NCBI GenBank assembly: GCA_002269645.1
Contig: NIVC01002877.1
Span: forward strand, 83,292 to 132,500
From: Macrostomum lignano
Taxonomy: Eukaryota
Reading direction: 5' to 3'
Length of the DNA stretch: 49,209 nucleotides
The translations under genes and the position numbers were made by a program. Shown here piece by piece: positions 34,185 to 46,000 of this stretch; the stretch's first letter is position 1, and each line of letters opens with the position of its first letter. A model generated the notes under the pieces. The model did no database searches. It was not told the DNA's origin and saw only the letters and a list, made by a program, of their open reading frames with translations.

Positions 34185-34862
34185 TCTGGGATCGGGATCT
34201 AGATATTTGAGATGCGGGGTTTAATAGACATCTGAGATGTGGAATTTAGATTTCTGAGATGCAGGATTTAGAGATCTGGGATGCGGGATTTAGACATCTG
34301 AGATGCAGGATTTAGACACCTGAGATGCGAGGTTTAGATATCTGAGATGCGGGATTTAGACACCTGAGATGCGAGGTTTAGATATCTGAGATGCAGGATT
34401 TAGACACCTGAGATGCGAGGTTTAGATATCTGAGATGCGGGATTTAGACACCTGAGATGCGAGGTTTAGATATCTGAGATGCGGGATTTAGACACCTGAG
34501 ATGCGAGGTTTAGATATCTGAGATGCGGGATTTAGACACCTGAGATGCGAGGTTTAGATATCTGAGATGCGGGATTTAGACACCTGAGATGCGAGGTTTA
34601 GATATCTGAGATGCAGGATTTAGACACCTGAGATGCGAGGTTTAGATATCTGAGATGCGGGATTTAGACACCTGAGATGCGAGGTTTAGATATCTGAGAT
34701 GCAGGATTTAGACACCTGAGATGCGAGGTTTAGATATCTGAGATGCGGGATTTAGATGTCTGATATGCGGGATTTAGATATCTGAGATGCGGGATTTAGA
34801 TGTCTGATATGCGGGATTTAGATGTCTGATATGCGGGATTTAGATATCTGAGATGCGGGATT
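34185..34862. repeat. Minisatellite, 20-bp unit TCTGAGATGCGGGATTTAGA with alternating 40-bp higher-order pattern
   Basis: Directly visible downstream of the DESI1 stop codon. Confidence 0.93.
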
Positions 34863-36589
34863 ATACATTCGTATAAACTTATAATTCTTATAACAATAAA
34901 CTTTGTGATTTTTTAAGCAAACGAAGGCTCGTCTATTACTTAATGTAATGTGTGTTCACACTGTTACTAATGTGTGTTCACACTGTTTTTACTAATGTGT
35001 GTTCACATGCCATAGCCACGTGCCCTGCACTCCATAAGCTTGGGCTTTGGTGATTTTCTAAGCTTTCTTTTTGGGTCACACACTTATCCAGCGCCGCATG
35101 ACTATGCTGCTTTGCTCCAATTTTAATCCAATCCTTCACATTGTTAGGAACATGAGATAAATTCAGGAACTGGCTCGGAGCCTTTTTCAGCGTAATACTC
35201 TTATATTACTACTCAGGCGCCAATTTAGTAGCGATTTTAGTTTTTTAGAACTTTTTTCTGATGCTACTAATTTTTGTGTTGTAAATGCGGGGTTCAGACA
35301 TGACAGAGACTTTAAACTTGGGACTCTGGAACAATGTGTGAGCTTACCGAGTTGCTTTTTTAACATTTAATTTGTTGTATTTTCTTACTGATATACAGCA
35401 CGATCCTCCGCCACTTGTACTCATACTTTGTACATTTTTGTTCTTTTTTTAATGCAAATGTTACTCTCTGTGAATAAAAAAATAATTGAAATTTTTATGT
35501 TTAGAATTTTGAATTGCTATATGTTGTTTGTCAAAATTTATCAACTGCTGTTACAGATTCTGTCCCATCAACCTAGCCAAGCAAACCCAAGCCCCGGGTT
35601 TCACTGGGTGAAATTCTCACAGGTGAGAGAGTAATAGTGGTGAAGGTATGATAAATCAGGGTATTCAAAATTATTGCCAGTTTGAGGATGAATCGGTCTG
35701 ACGGGAATAATCCCCCCCCTCCCTCGACGCCTCCATATTGGGAGAAATATCCGCATTTTGAGCTGTCAAACTGAGATGCAAGCGAGCTATACAAGCCGCG
35801 AAGTGTTTACTCATCCGCCCTAACCCTTCAAAATTGTGCCTCGGAGGTCGGAGCGGAGCTTTCGAGTGGCCTGTCAATCAAAAAAGGGAAATTTTCTTTC
35901 CCCGGTCTGGCTGTCTGTAGCTTCTGTTCAAAACGAGCAGGACACGATTTCTACTGTTGTATCAGGCGCATTGGTCTTGCAACCGCTGCATGTCTATGGC
36001 CGCAATGTGGCGGCAGTGATAAGTGTTTTGACCATAGACACCAGTAGTGGACTGTCTGTCGCGTGTATGTACCATTACAGCGGTGTATGTTCCGTGTACC
36101 ATGCATTGTAAAGGGAAGCAGACTGCTTAGCATTATGCGAAGTATTCAGACATTCATCTAAAGAACAGTGAAATTAGCTGCATTTAGCAACTAAGGTTAG
36201 TAAGAAAACATCAATTGCGTTGTGATTAGGAAAAAATCTAAATAAAGTTGGTTTGTCTTTGATTAAAGGTGAGATGCAAATTTCCGTTACAACTTTCAAG
36301 CAAATCTATAGTACTTTTAGGACACCGGAGACAGTGCAAGTGGTGGTGTTTTCTCCAGCAAATGTTTCAATGTCAGATTTTCTCAGATCGACTTGGAAGT
36401 ATTGATTTTGGTGGATTTACATGTGTAATTTTTACTCGAGTTCATACTCGATGCCACAGTGCCTCTATAAAATATGATATCCTATTATATTAGAATGTTC
36501 TAAGAAATTCACTTACTTTCTAGGAAACCAGCAGGGGAAGAGCAGTTCAGCGGTAAACGTGTCTGAATCGCACCACGGCCCCAATGCCA

Positions 36590-36792
36590 CTGATTCACAT
36601 CTATGAGCGCGGGAGCGCCACCCTTCCTCCAAGGCACATAAGGTGTACATGTCTGACGAAGAGAAAATCGAGAGGCTGCTGTACATGTGAGCCGTATGTA
36701 TGAATGAGTGCGTGCCTGCGTGTACAGCATTGGCTTGAATGTGCTCAGGAGTCAGCGGGATGGGCAGAACTGCCGTCAGCGCTGGTTGTGGG
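36590..36792 (+). mobile_element. SINE body fragment of the same family
   Basis: CCAAGGCACA..GTGTACATG.CTGACG and GCTCAGGAGTCAGCGGGATGGGCAGAACTGCC...CAGCGCTGGTTG match 6755-6900 and the 2019-2380 body. Confidence 0.6.
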
Positions 36793-36902
36793 ACCGATCA
36801 CACATGCGCAACCTCCAAAATTCGGTCGGCCGTGCGACTTAGTTTTAACAAAAATGCGACTTACCTGTGAAAGAAACCCTAAAGCAAAATTAACGCAATT
36901 TT

Positions 36903-36965
36903 GGGTAAACGGTAGGAGTAGCTATAACTGTCTTATTAGGGCTAAATGCCTCGTCATCTAATTAG
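36903..36965 (+). other. Second degenerate 63-nt 28S rRNA R2-target fragment
   Basis: 52/63 gap-free identity to the same consensus; the last 22 nt (AAATGCCTCGTCATCTAATTAG) are exact. Confidence 0.8.
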
Positions 36966-38240
36966 TACTACGTCTGTATTCTTTGGGGTGGGCATTTTTG
37001 CGAATTACCTTGGTTGGCCGCCAAATCGGTCAGCCGGATCGGCCGACTGTTGCGCATGTATGGGACCGATGGTGCCTAAGGTGTTGCGCCAGGGTGCCCC
37101 GCAGCCCTCGTATAGGAAACCAGCATCAATGAACACTTTAAACAAGAAGAAAACGTTGTAACTTCAATGTTTCGTTTTAATTTTGACAGTTTTAGTAGAG
37201 CCAACGCTCCATTTATTTATGCATATACAAACTAATAAATCATAAATAAATATGTATGCAGGAGACTGGAGAGGGAACAAAGGGCATCGAATTGACATTG
37301 GAGATGAGGTGGGTGGGTGCAGGGGTGAAAAACGCGGCTTCTTTGCTGCTAATTGACACCATAAATAGATATATGATGAAGCTGGGACTCAGAAATTGCT
37401 GACTACATAAAGTTTGTGTGTGCAGCTTCTTAAAAATGTGCTTAAACAAAATATTAATAAAGAATGTGTTATTAACAGTACCACGAGGCTAACGCTAAGC
37501 GACAATTGCGCACAATTTCATTTTCCCCTATTTGCAAGTGAAGGCAGCGACGTGAGCTCCAGCAACGGACAGGCTCTGCGTTCCGTTATTTTGCTTGTCT
37601 TTTCGGCTAAAGACATAAGAAGTAGAAAAAAAACAACAGAAAAAGTAGAGAAGAAAACAAGGCTGAGCACAAAACGAAGGAATTGATAAAAAGCGGACGC
37701 GGAGCGGTTGCTATAGTAACCAAAAGCGCAAAACGAATAAAAGACAGAGCGGATGTGCAATCATTAATGAAGTGAAATAGCAATAACACTCGAGTTTAAT
37801 ATGGTGCGACACACAGCAAATCTACTCAAATTTATAGTTCATCAGCAATCAGTTTGCCTAGAAATGTACAAGTGGAGTTGCTTTATTCTCGAATCGATCT
37901 CAAATCTGGCAGGACTAGAATATCAAGCTTGAGCTGTTAGTAATTATAATAAGCACGATTCATATAGTTACTACCGTTAATATTGCAATAGAAATTTGAT
38001 TAGAAACAAAACAAACAGAAGACAAAAAGGCAGCAGTATCCAAGGTGTGTGTGTGTGCGCGCAAAACTTTGATAAAGTGCAAAAAGGTGGACTGTAGAAA
38101 GATACTCAGCTGACGGGCCACCCAGAGAGATTCCGCAATTTAAGACAACGCGGAAATGAGGAAAAACGCAATTAACAGTTGCGGGACGGCAAGTTTCGCT
38201 AATTTTAACAAAAAATTCTATTGCTGTGAGCTCGGCAGCC

Positions 38241-41200
38241 TCAGGCCAGGCTCTGATGCAGCGCCAGCAGCGCGTTCAGCTCCGTCTCGGGCAGGCGGGC
38301 CCGCTTAGCGGCGAATTCCGCCAAGCCGAGCGGCGACTGAGCGTGCAGGCAGCAGGCCGGGATGTGCAGCAGCAGCCGCGCCTCGCCAGACAGCGTCGGC
38401 AGGCGATCGGCCGACGACGACCACCACTGAGCCGCCGAGCCGGAAGCTCCGGCCTGTTCGAGCAGAGACTCGTATCGTCTGGCCTCGTCTTCTACAGACT
38501 TGCGCGCCTGATCCAGATTCTGCTGCACCACCAGCGAGTTCCGCTTCCGCCGGCTGATGTGGCCGGCCTCTTCGGCCAGCTGCTTCTCCACCAGCTGGGC
38601 GACGGCCGACTTCCGGTCCGTCTCGGCCGGGAGTGGCAGCCGCGGCTGCAGGAAGGCGGCCAGCTGGGCGAGGCGCCACACCTTGTCCGGGCTGCGGTAG
38701 GCCGCCAGCAGCCGCTCTCCGGCTGCCTCAGCCAGCGCCTCCACAGCGGGATCCACCGCGGCGTCGGCGTGCGAGGAGGGCGACGCCGTCGAGGACGTCG
38801 CCGGTTGGCGCAGCACGGCGGGCAGGTCACGCACCACCGGCAGAGCCTGGCCGAGGCTGCCAGACGAGGCGGAGAAAAGCCGGCCAAGGTGGTCGCGGAA
38901 CCGGACAAGGGCGGCCGCCAACTCGCGGGCCGAGCGAAGCTCCGGATCGGTGCAGCCAGACTGCGGCGATGGCGATGGCGGCTTCGTCACGGAAGCGTCG
39001 TCCACGAGACGCTGCAGGGCGTCCAGCGCCGACTCCCAGCCGGATTCGTCATCGAAGTCCTCTTCCTCCTGATCCTGATCCTCGTCTTCGTTGACGTCCT
39101 GAGCCGCTTTGACGTCGCAGTCGGCATCCATGGCGCAGTCGGTGGCGACGGTGCCGACAGCAGCGTCGTTGCCTTCGCAGTCTGTCGCGGTTGGCGCCTC
39201 CTGATCATCTAGCAGGTCGTTACAGTTGACGTCCGCCTTCTTCGGTCGGCGGGCATCATCGTCTTTCGCTAGGCGACGATTGGCGCGAAGGATCTGACGA
39301 CGTCCGTAGTGACCGCGGCGACGACTGCAACGGCGGCTGCGGCAGCGGCTGAGAATCGCCTGGCAGGCCGGCGTCTCGGCCAGGGCGTTGCTGACAGCCT
39401 GCGACATGGCGGCGTGCAGACAGGGCACGATGATAATCTTGTCGATGGAGTCGTGCATCCCGTTCTGGTTGGCCTGTTGCAGTTGGCGGACAAAGTCGGC
39501 CGGTCGGTTGCAGACGATGGGCAGAAAGTCCTGCGGCAGCTGCGACTCGGTGTAAGCCGAGATGATCTCCAGGCAGGTGGATGCCAGCAGGTTTAGGTTG
39601 GGCAGCTGGTGGTGAGAGGGGTGATAAATCATCATTTGAAGTCGGTACTTTGGGGACTTTAGAGAGCTTATTGTGTCTTTGACACCTTCCAGTGTCGCTT
39701 TGGGGTTTCTTGGTGTGTCTCTGGTGTCCCCTTGGTGTGTCTCTGGTGTCCCCTTGGTGTGTCTCTGGTGTCCCCTTGGTGTGTCTCTGGTGTCCCCTTG
39801 GTGTTTCTCTGGTGTCCCCTTGGTGTTTCTCTGGTGTCCCCTTGGTGTGTCTCTGGTGTCCCCTTGGTGTTTCTCTGGTGCCCCTTGGTGTGTCTCTGGC
39901 ATCCCTTGCTGTTTCTCTGGTGCCCCTTGGTGTTTCTCTGGTGTCCCCTTGGTGTTTCTCTGGTGTCCCCTTGGTGTTTCTCTGGTGCCCCTTGGTGTTT
40001 CTCTGGTGCCCCTTGGTGTTTCTCTGGTGTCCCCTTGGTGTTTCTCTGGTGTCCCCTTGGTGTTTCTCTGGTGCCCCTTGGTGTTTCTCTGGTGCCCCTT
40101 GGTGTTTCTCTGGTGCCCCTTGGTGTTTCTCTGGTGCCCCTTGGTGTTTCTCTGGTGCCCCTTGGTGTTTCTCTGGTGTCCCCTTGGTGTTTCTCTGGTG
40201 TCCCCTTGGTGTTTCTCTGGTGCCCCTTGGTGTTTCTCTGGTGCCCCTTGGTGTTTCTCTGGTGCCCCTTGGTGTTTCTCTGGTGCCCCTTGGTGTTTCT
40301 CTGGTGCCCCTTGGTGTGTCTCTGGCATCCCTTGCTGTTTGTCTGGTGCCTCTTGGTGTCTGTTGGCAATTCTAATTTCGACTAGTTTTAATCCTCAAGT
40401 CAATAACATTCTGTCACTGCATATCATAACGATTTCACGCAATTATACTCGTAAGCAGACGAATTGCATCAGTAGATAAGGTGAGAACAACAATCCCTCC
40501 GCACGCTTGACTTGTTTTCCTCCTCTCGTTCAGCACCAGCTACGAAAAAGAAGTCGGACCCAGCGATGCGATATGCGAGCTAAGGAGGCCTTCCTTCCTT
40601 CTATGAAGCTTCCTCTCTCCATCTCCATAGTTGTCAAGGCGACTTGCCGCAATTCTCCGTTTCGTGTTCGCATTGTGCGTGTGCTCCCCTTCTTCCCACC
40701 CCCAGCATGCCATTGCAGCAGATGCTTCATCAAAGCAAAGCTGAGGCTCCCCTGGCGACAGAGTGGCGATCGCGAGCCCTGCGGCCAAGCAGATTCAACA
40801 ATAGGCTGCTTATAATCGGCAGCAGAAAAAGGCGCGACGCCAAGGGAGGTGGTGGGCGGGAGATGCGGGCTGGCGGCAGCTCATCAGCTAAGCGTGCCGT
40901 GACTTAACAACCGCCATGGGGTGTCGGCTTGAGGCCAGATTTGAGGCCTCGCGGTCGCAGCGAAGAAGGCAAAGAATAACAAGGGGACACGGAGAGGAAG
41001 TTGGCCCCCTATAGCTCCTCTTACCCGGCCAATTGAACAGTGAGAAGCGTTCCCGCGCTGCGAAGATCGAGTAGAGGATTATGAGATCCCTTATAGGCAT
41101 CCCTGGGACAGAGGGAGAATAGCGGGGGTGGCGGGCTCCATTGTTCGGAGCGGAACTCGGGCTCATTGTCACAGCCTCTCCGACTTGAAAAGACGTCCGT

Positions 41201-43065
41201 GCAAGTCTTTCCTGTCTGGCTTGAAGGCTCGGCTGGGAGGGAGGCCGACAAGCTTCTTCCATCACCGAGCTCAGGATCTCTCTTTGCCCGCAGCCTCATC
41301 TCCCAGCATCCTCTTTATTCTCAAAGCCCGGCGATTTACCCTCCGCGCGTTTGTCAGCCTGGAGCCTTCAAACTCCCCGGTCTTCCCTCTCTTAGCTCAG
41401 CTCAATTTCAGACTGAGCTGACGGGAGACTCATCAATTTTAAGTTTCTTTTTTTCATAAAAAATTCGGCCCACACCTTTTCAAAATGCCAGATCGACTTT
41501 GCGGCTGCCGTTCCCGTCTTGATTGGTTCAGAAAATTTCTCTCCAGGCTAGGTTAAATAGATGGATTCAAATCTGAATCTGACATTCTTTGTGGATCCTA
41601 GACTGGTGGACAATAGCGGACAGGCTCGACAAGACAGACCTAAGACACAGACACTAAGACCGACGAAGACACAGACACTAAGACAGACGAAGACACAGAC
41701 ACTAAGACAGACCTAAGACACAGACACTAAGACAGACGGAAGACACAGACACTAAGACAGACAAAGACACAGACACTAAGACAGACGGAAGACACAGACA
41801 CTAAGACAGACGGAAGACACAGACACTAAGACAGACGAAGGCACAGACACTAAGACAGACGAAGACACAGACACTAAGACAGACCTAAGACACAGACACT
41901 AAGACAGACGAAGACACAGACACTAAGACAGACGAAGACACAGACACTAAGACAGACGGAAGACACAGACACTAAGACAGACGAAGACACAGACACTAAG
42001 ACAGACGAAGACACAGACACTAAGACAGACGAAGACACAGACACTAAGACAGACGAAGACACAGACACTAAGACAGACGAAGACACAGACACTAAGACAG
42101 ACGGAAGACACAGACACTAAGACGGACAAAGACACAGACACTAAGACAGACAAAGACACAGACACTAAGACAGACCTAAGACACAGACACTAAGACAGAC
42201 GGAAGACACAGACACTAAGACAGACGGAAGACACAGACACTAAGACAGACGGAAGACACAGACACTAAGACACACGAAGACACAGACACTAAGACAGACA
42301 AAGACACAGACACTAAGACAGACCTAAGACACAGACACTAAGACAGACCTAAGACACAGACACTAAGACAGACGGAAGACACAGACACTAAGACAGACGG
42401 AAGACACAGACACTAAGACACACGAAGACACAGACACTAAGACAGACAAAGACACAGACACTAAGACAGACGGAAGACACAGACACTAAGACAGACAAAG
42501 ACACAGACACTAAGACAGACCTAAGACACAGACACTAAGACAGACGGAAGACACAGACACTAAGACAGACCTAAGACACAGACACTAAGACAGACGGAAG
42601 ACACAGACACTAAGACAGACAAAGACACAGACACTAAGACAGACGGAAGACACAGACACTAAGACAGACCTAAGACACAGACGCTAAGACAGACGCCAAG
42701 GACAGGCTGTGTAAAGGACCATTGGGGTGTACTCATATCTTGAGTAGCAAATTAAGCAGCACAATTAAGACACTCACCGGTCGGGTCTCCAGAACGCGAC
42801 ATTTAGAAGACGATGACAGAGTCTGCTGTAGCTGCTGCTGTGCCGGAGTGCTGTCTTGCGGGACAAACGCTCTGAGCGTTAGCAGCCTGGTGCCGGCATG
42901 ATTGCGCCACACCTCGGCTGAGAAGGCACGCACTCCGGGGGCGCCGCTGATTAGAGCGGCTTTCACCGCGGCCTGCTCGGAGGTCAGGGCGGCCGGTAGC
43001 AACTGTTCGAGTAGCCGTTCGCGCTTCGGCGGCTCGCACCTGGGCGCCAAGCTCTGCACCAGGCG
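38241..43065 (-). CDS. hAT-transposase-derived (ZBED1/DREF-like) protein with DDE residues substituted; 5' end not found
   Basis: Exons 43065-42778 and 39605-38241 join in phase 0 (CCG|GTGAGT..CCACCAG|CTG). Colinear hAT motifs: LVQSLAPRCEPPKR (cf. L..LxPxYxxPSR), FSAEVWR (cf. TDxWT), IVCNRP (cf. VTDNG), PCLHA (cf. CxxH), SGWES (cf. TRWNS), AAFLQPRL (cf. AxxLDPRF), and C-terminal QWWSSSADRLPTLSGEARLLLHIPACC...KRARL (hAT dimerisation domain). Confidence 0.75.
39708..40360. repeat. Minisatellite, 21/22-bp unit CCCCTTGGTGTTTCTCTGGTG(T) (ZBED-like gene intron)
   Basis: Directly visible; it accounts for the repetitive N-terminal part of ORF 38241-40328. Confidence 0.95.
41632..42695. repeat. Minisatellite, 24/25-bp unit GACACAGACACTAAGACAGACG(G)AA (ZBED-like gene intron)
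   Basis: Directly visible tandem array. Confidence 0.95.
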
Positions 43066-46000
43066 CTGCAAATGTGCCACAGCGGGGGGTCGTAAGGTGG
43101 GTTAGGAGCAGAAGTCGAAAAAAAAGAATAATAATGCCCTCCCCCCTGAGCAGGCAGTGTGAATAATGCAAAAGCTGACGCAAAAGCAGAAGAGAGAAGA
43201 CAGAAGAGAGAATGGGCCAGTACCAGCAGGAACTGCTGGACAAACACCGCGCCACTCGCGAATGACGCCGAACGAAAAAAAAAATTTTTTAGAGGCCGGA
43301 GGGGTTGCGGCGGAGACTTCGGTCGGAGCCATTGTTGGTGCCGCTAACAGGAAGCGACTTCCTCTTCTAAAGCCCACTCGCTCAATCACTCTCACCGTCT
43401 CTCTGTCTCTCTGTGTTGTCTCCTTCTCCCCCCTATTACAGCCGGGAAAAAAATGCAACAAAAACTACCCAGCAGACAGGGGCCCGCCTATTCTAGCGTA
43501 GGAAACTGCCCAAACTGATCGAAGAGTGGCTAAGCCGGCGCTCTCAAGTGAGGCGCCGCTGGTCGTCAGCAACCCGAAGCTTTGGGTGGCGTGGCGGGCG
43601 CTGCTGAAGTGTGTGAGCGGGACCTGCAGCAGCAGCTGATATCCAGCGCAGCCTAGCGAGCTGCTCGTGTGCTCATTCCATTACTTGCCTCTCCCTGTCA
43701 GGGACCGGGAATTCCCGTTCTCCTGCTGCCCACCGTTTTGTGACACAATTATCGGGCCCTCCTATGCCAACACTCGAAAGTCATTGTTCCCCGCCCTTCC
43801 AGCGATCTGGCTGAGTGAATGTGAGAGAGAGGGGAGGACGGGAACTCGATTCCCCGACCTGAAAATCCGTCCTCTTTCCCGTTCCCTCTCAACCTCAAAC
43901 CAACCCCCCGGCATTGTTCGCCTCGGTCCCGCGGGGTGACAGGCTGAGCAATAAGAGGATTCTGTCCCCATTGTTACCAACGGAGCCGATTTCCGGAGCA
44001 GCAGGACCCGAAGAGGGCCACCCCGAGAAGAAGCTCGGTTGCGGTGGAGTGGGGCGGCTGAATGATTACCTGAACAAACAGTGCGGGCCCCGGCCCATTC
44101 ACGCAGAAGACAGCGCGCTCAGCCGCGGCGCTCGCAAGGGCTTCCTGTCCCCCTTCAGGCCCTCCAGGGGAGCGGGACATTCCGGCGCCCTCTGCAGCCC
44201 CCCTCCACCCTCGGAGTTCCCAAATAGCCCAGACCTCCACCTGGAGTCGATCTCTGCTCTGTGCCCCCTCTCTTTTTCACTGTGCTGCTGCTGTTCATTG
44301 TTCTCCACTCAGCCTTCGCTCTCCCCTTCCCCCGCTCCACACGAGAACGCCCCCCCGCTACCTCGTGTTCTATTTTTTATGCCATTCTCAAACAATGGGA
44401 TTCGAGTCAGCGAGTTTCGATGAATTGATGATGACCGACCGTGAGGCGGAGAGGCAGGGAGGGTAGTCAAGCCGGGGAAAGGGAAGACCGCGGGGAGCAG
44501 CGAGGCATGGATAAAAAAGCTCTCCGAATTCCAGATCCCGCCGGGACCTGGAGGGTGCCAGCTTTTTCACCACCATGCTGGCTCGCTCTCAACCCCCCCC
44601 CCACTCTCTCTTTCTCATCAGGCCAGAGCCTCTTCTAGAAATCGATTTCTTTCCGCTCGTTCCCGCCGCCGCGTGCCCCTCATCGTCAGCCTCCCCCACA
44701 GGTGTCAGCCTCAGCAGCGCGAAGGCAAAATCAGCCGCCGGCGACCCCCAGCAGCGGCGGTGGTGGCAGCAGCGGCGGAGGCAGCAGCAGATGCCTCAAG
44801 TCACTGCCAACCCTTCGCAGAGCTCCTCCCATCCCCCCGCGGTGAGCCGCCAGCTACCTCAACCCCAGCCTCAAAATACAATAGACCCCATCCCCCTGGC
44901 GAGTGCATTGTTTCGCTCGAGTCTCAAGCTCCCCCGGGGGGCTCAACCAGTGTTGCTGCTGCTGCTGCGAGCGAATGAGTGAAGCTTCTGGGCCGGGCCT
45001 GTCCCCCCCCCTCTCTTCTCACTCGTCGCATTCCTCTACCCTCCCCCCATAACCAATTTCTAATCCCATTTCAGGCAGTTGCCGTGCTCACCCCACACAG
45101 CATCACCTCCCCATCAAGCGTCACCCGGGCCACCCCCTCCAGCGTCTCGAACCCTTCGGCTTGGCCAGGCCCAGCTGCCTGCTACAGAAGAGGTGAAAGC
45201 CAAATCGATAATGCAGTCCCTCAGTCCTCATTTCCAGCTGCTTCTCCTTCCACACCCCAGTCGCTTTCTGCTCTCGCTTACTAACACACAAAGTGAAAAC
45301 TGCTTGCCACCTTGCAAACAAATACTTTCTATCAAGCTCATTCAGCTTCCTTCCCGCGGCGGCTGCGGTGAACTCGGCCCCGAGCAGCAACTTCCTATGC
45401 GAGTAGACTCAAGCTCCCAAATTGGGAATTTGGAGGGAGGGGGGGGGGCAACTCATAATCGCCTACCAGCCTCGACTCCGCATGCCTGGGCAGGCGAGCA
45501 GAGCAATAGAAAGAAATGGAAAGAGAGGCGCGCCGATTGCGCACTTGAATCTAAGCGGATCAGCTTTCATTGAACTGCTCTATATAAGAGGAATTGGGGC
45601 GCTCAAAATCTTTGTTTGAAAGCTTGCAAACTGCGGTGTTGGGGAGATGACGAATACAGAGAGACAGGATGACAACAACACAAAAAATGTGGGAATTCTC
45701 CCCCGATCCGAGCGCCCTCCTCCTCTTTTACCTCCAACGAGGCTGGCTTTGCGGGAAATCGGGGGGGGGGGGGAATAAATGCGGCTTTTGAGTCGGATGG
45801 GTAAATCGATATCATCACCTCGGGCAGCCCCCCCCCGTCACCCACCCTGCCGCCTGTCTCCCAAGTGTGCAGAGAGGCTGACTAGGCTGCTTCTCAAGTT
45901 GGCGAAACGAAATAGACTACTTTTTTGCATCGCTCCTGCGCCCATTGTTCTGGCGCCAAGTTTTTTTTGATCGCGACAGCAAGCAAGAAATTCGGGTCCG

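Noticed and set aside
36903-36965. Real rRNA gene or rDNA unit
   Set aside because: Only 63 nt are similar, flanks are unrelated to rDNA and invariant LSU positions are changed.
38226-39212. 328-aa plus-strand ORF and similar antisense ORFs over ANKRD50, the oxidase and DESI1
   Set aside because: Shadow ORFs of GC-rich coding exons with no recognisable motifs.
38241-40328. 695-aa single-exon ORF as annotated by the ORF track
   Set aside because: The N-terminal ~240 aa derive from the 21/22-bp array; an acceptor at 39606 and in-phase joining to 43065-42778 give a colinear hAT alignment.
30923-43065. Functional SUMO cluster (desumoylase DESI1 convergent with a ZBED1-like gene; human ZBED1 has reported SUMO ligase activity)
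   Set aside because: Adjacency alone is weak evidence in an animal genome and ZBED1 orthology is not established; it would need conserved synteny or co-expression.
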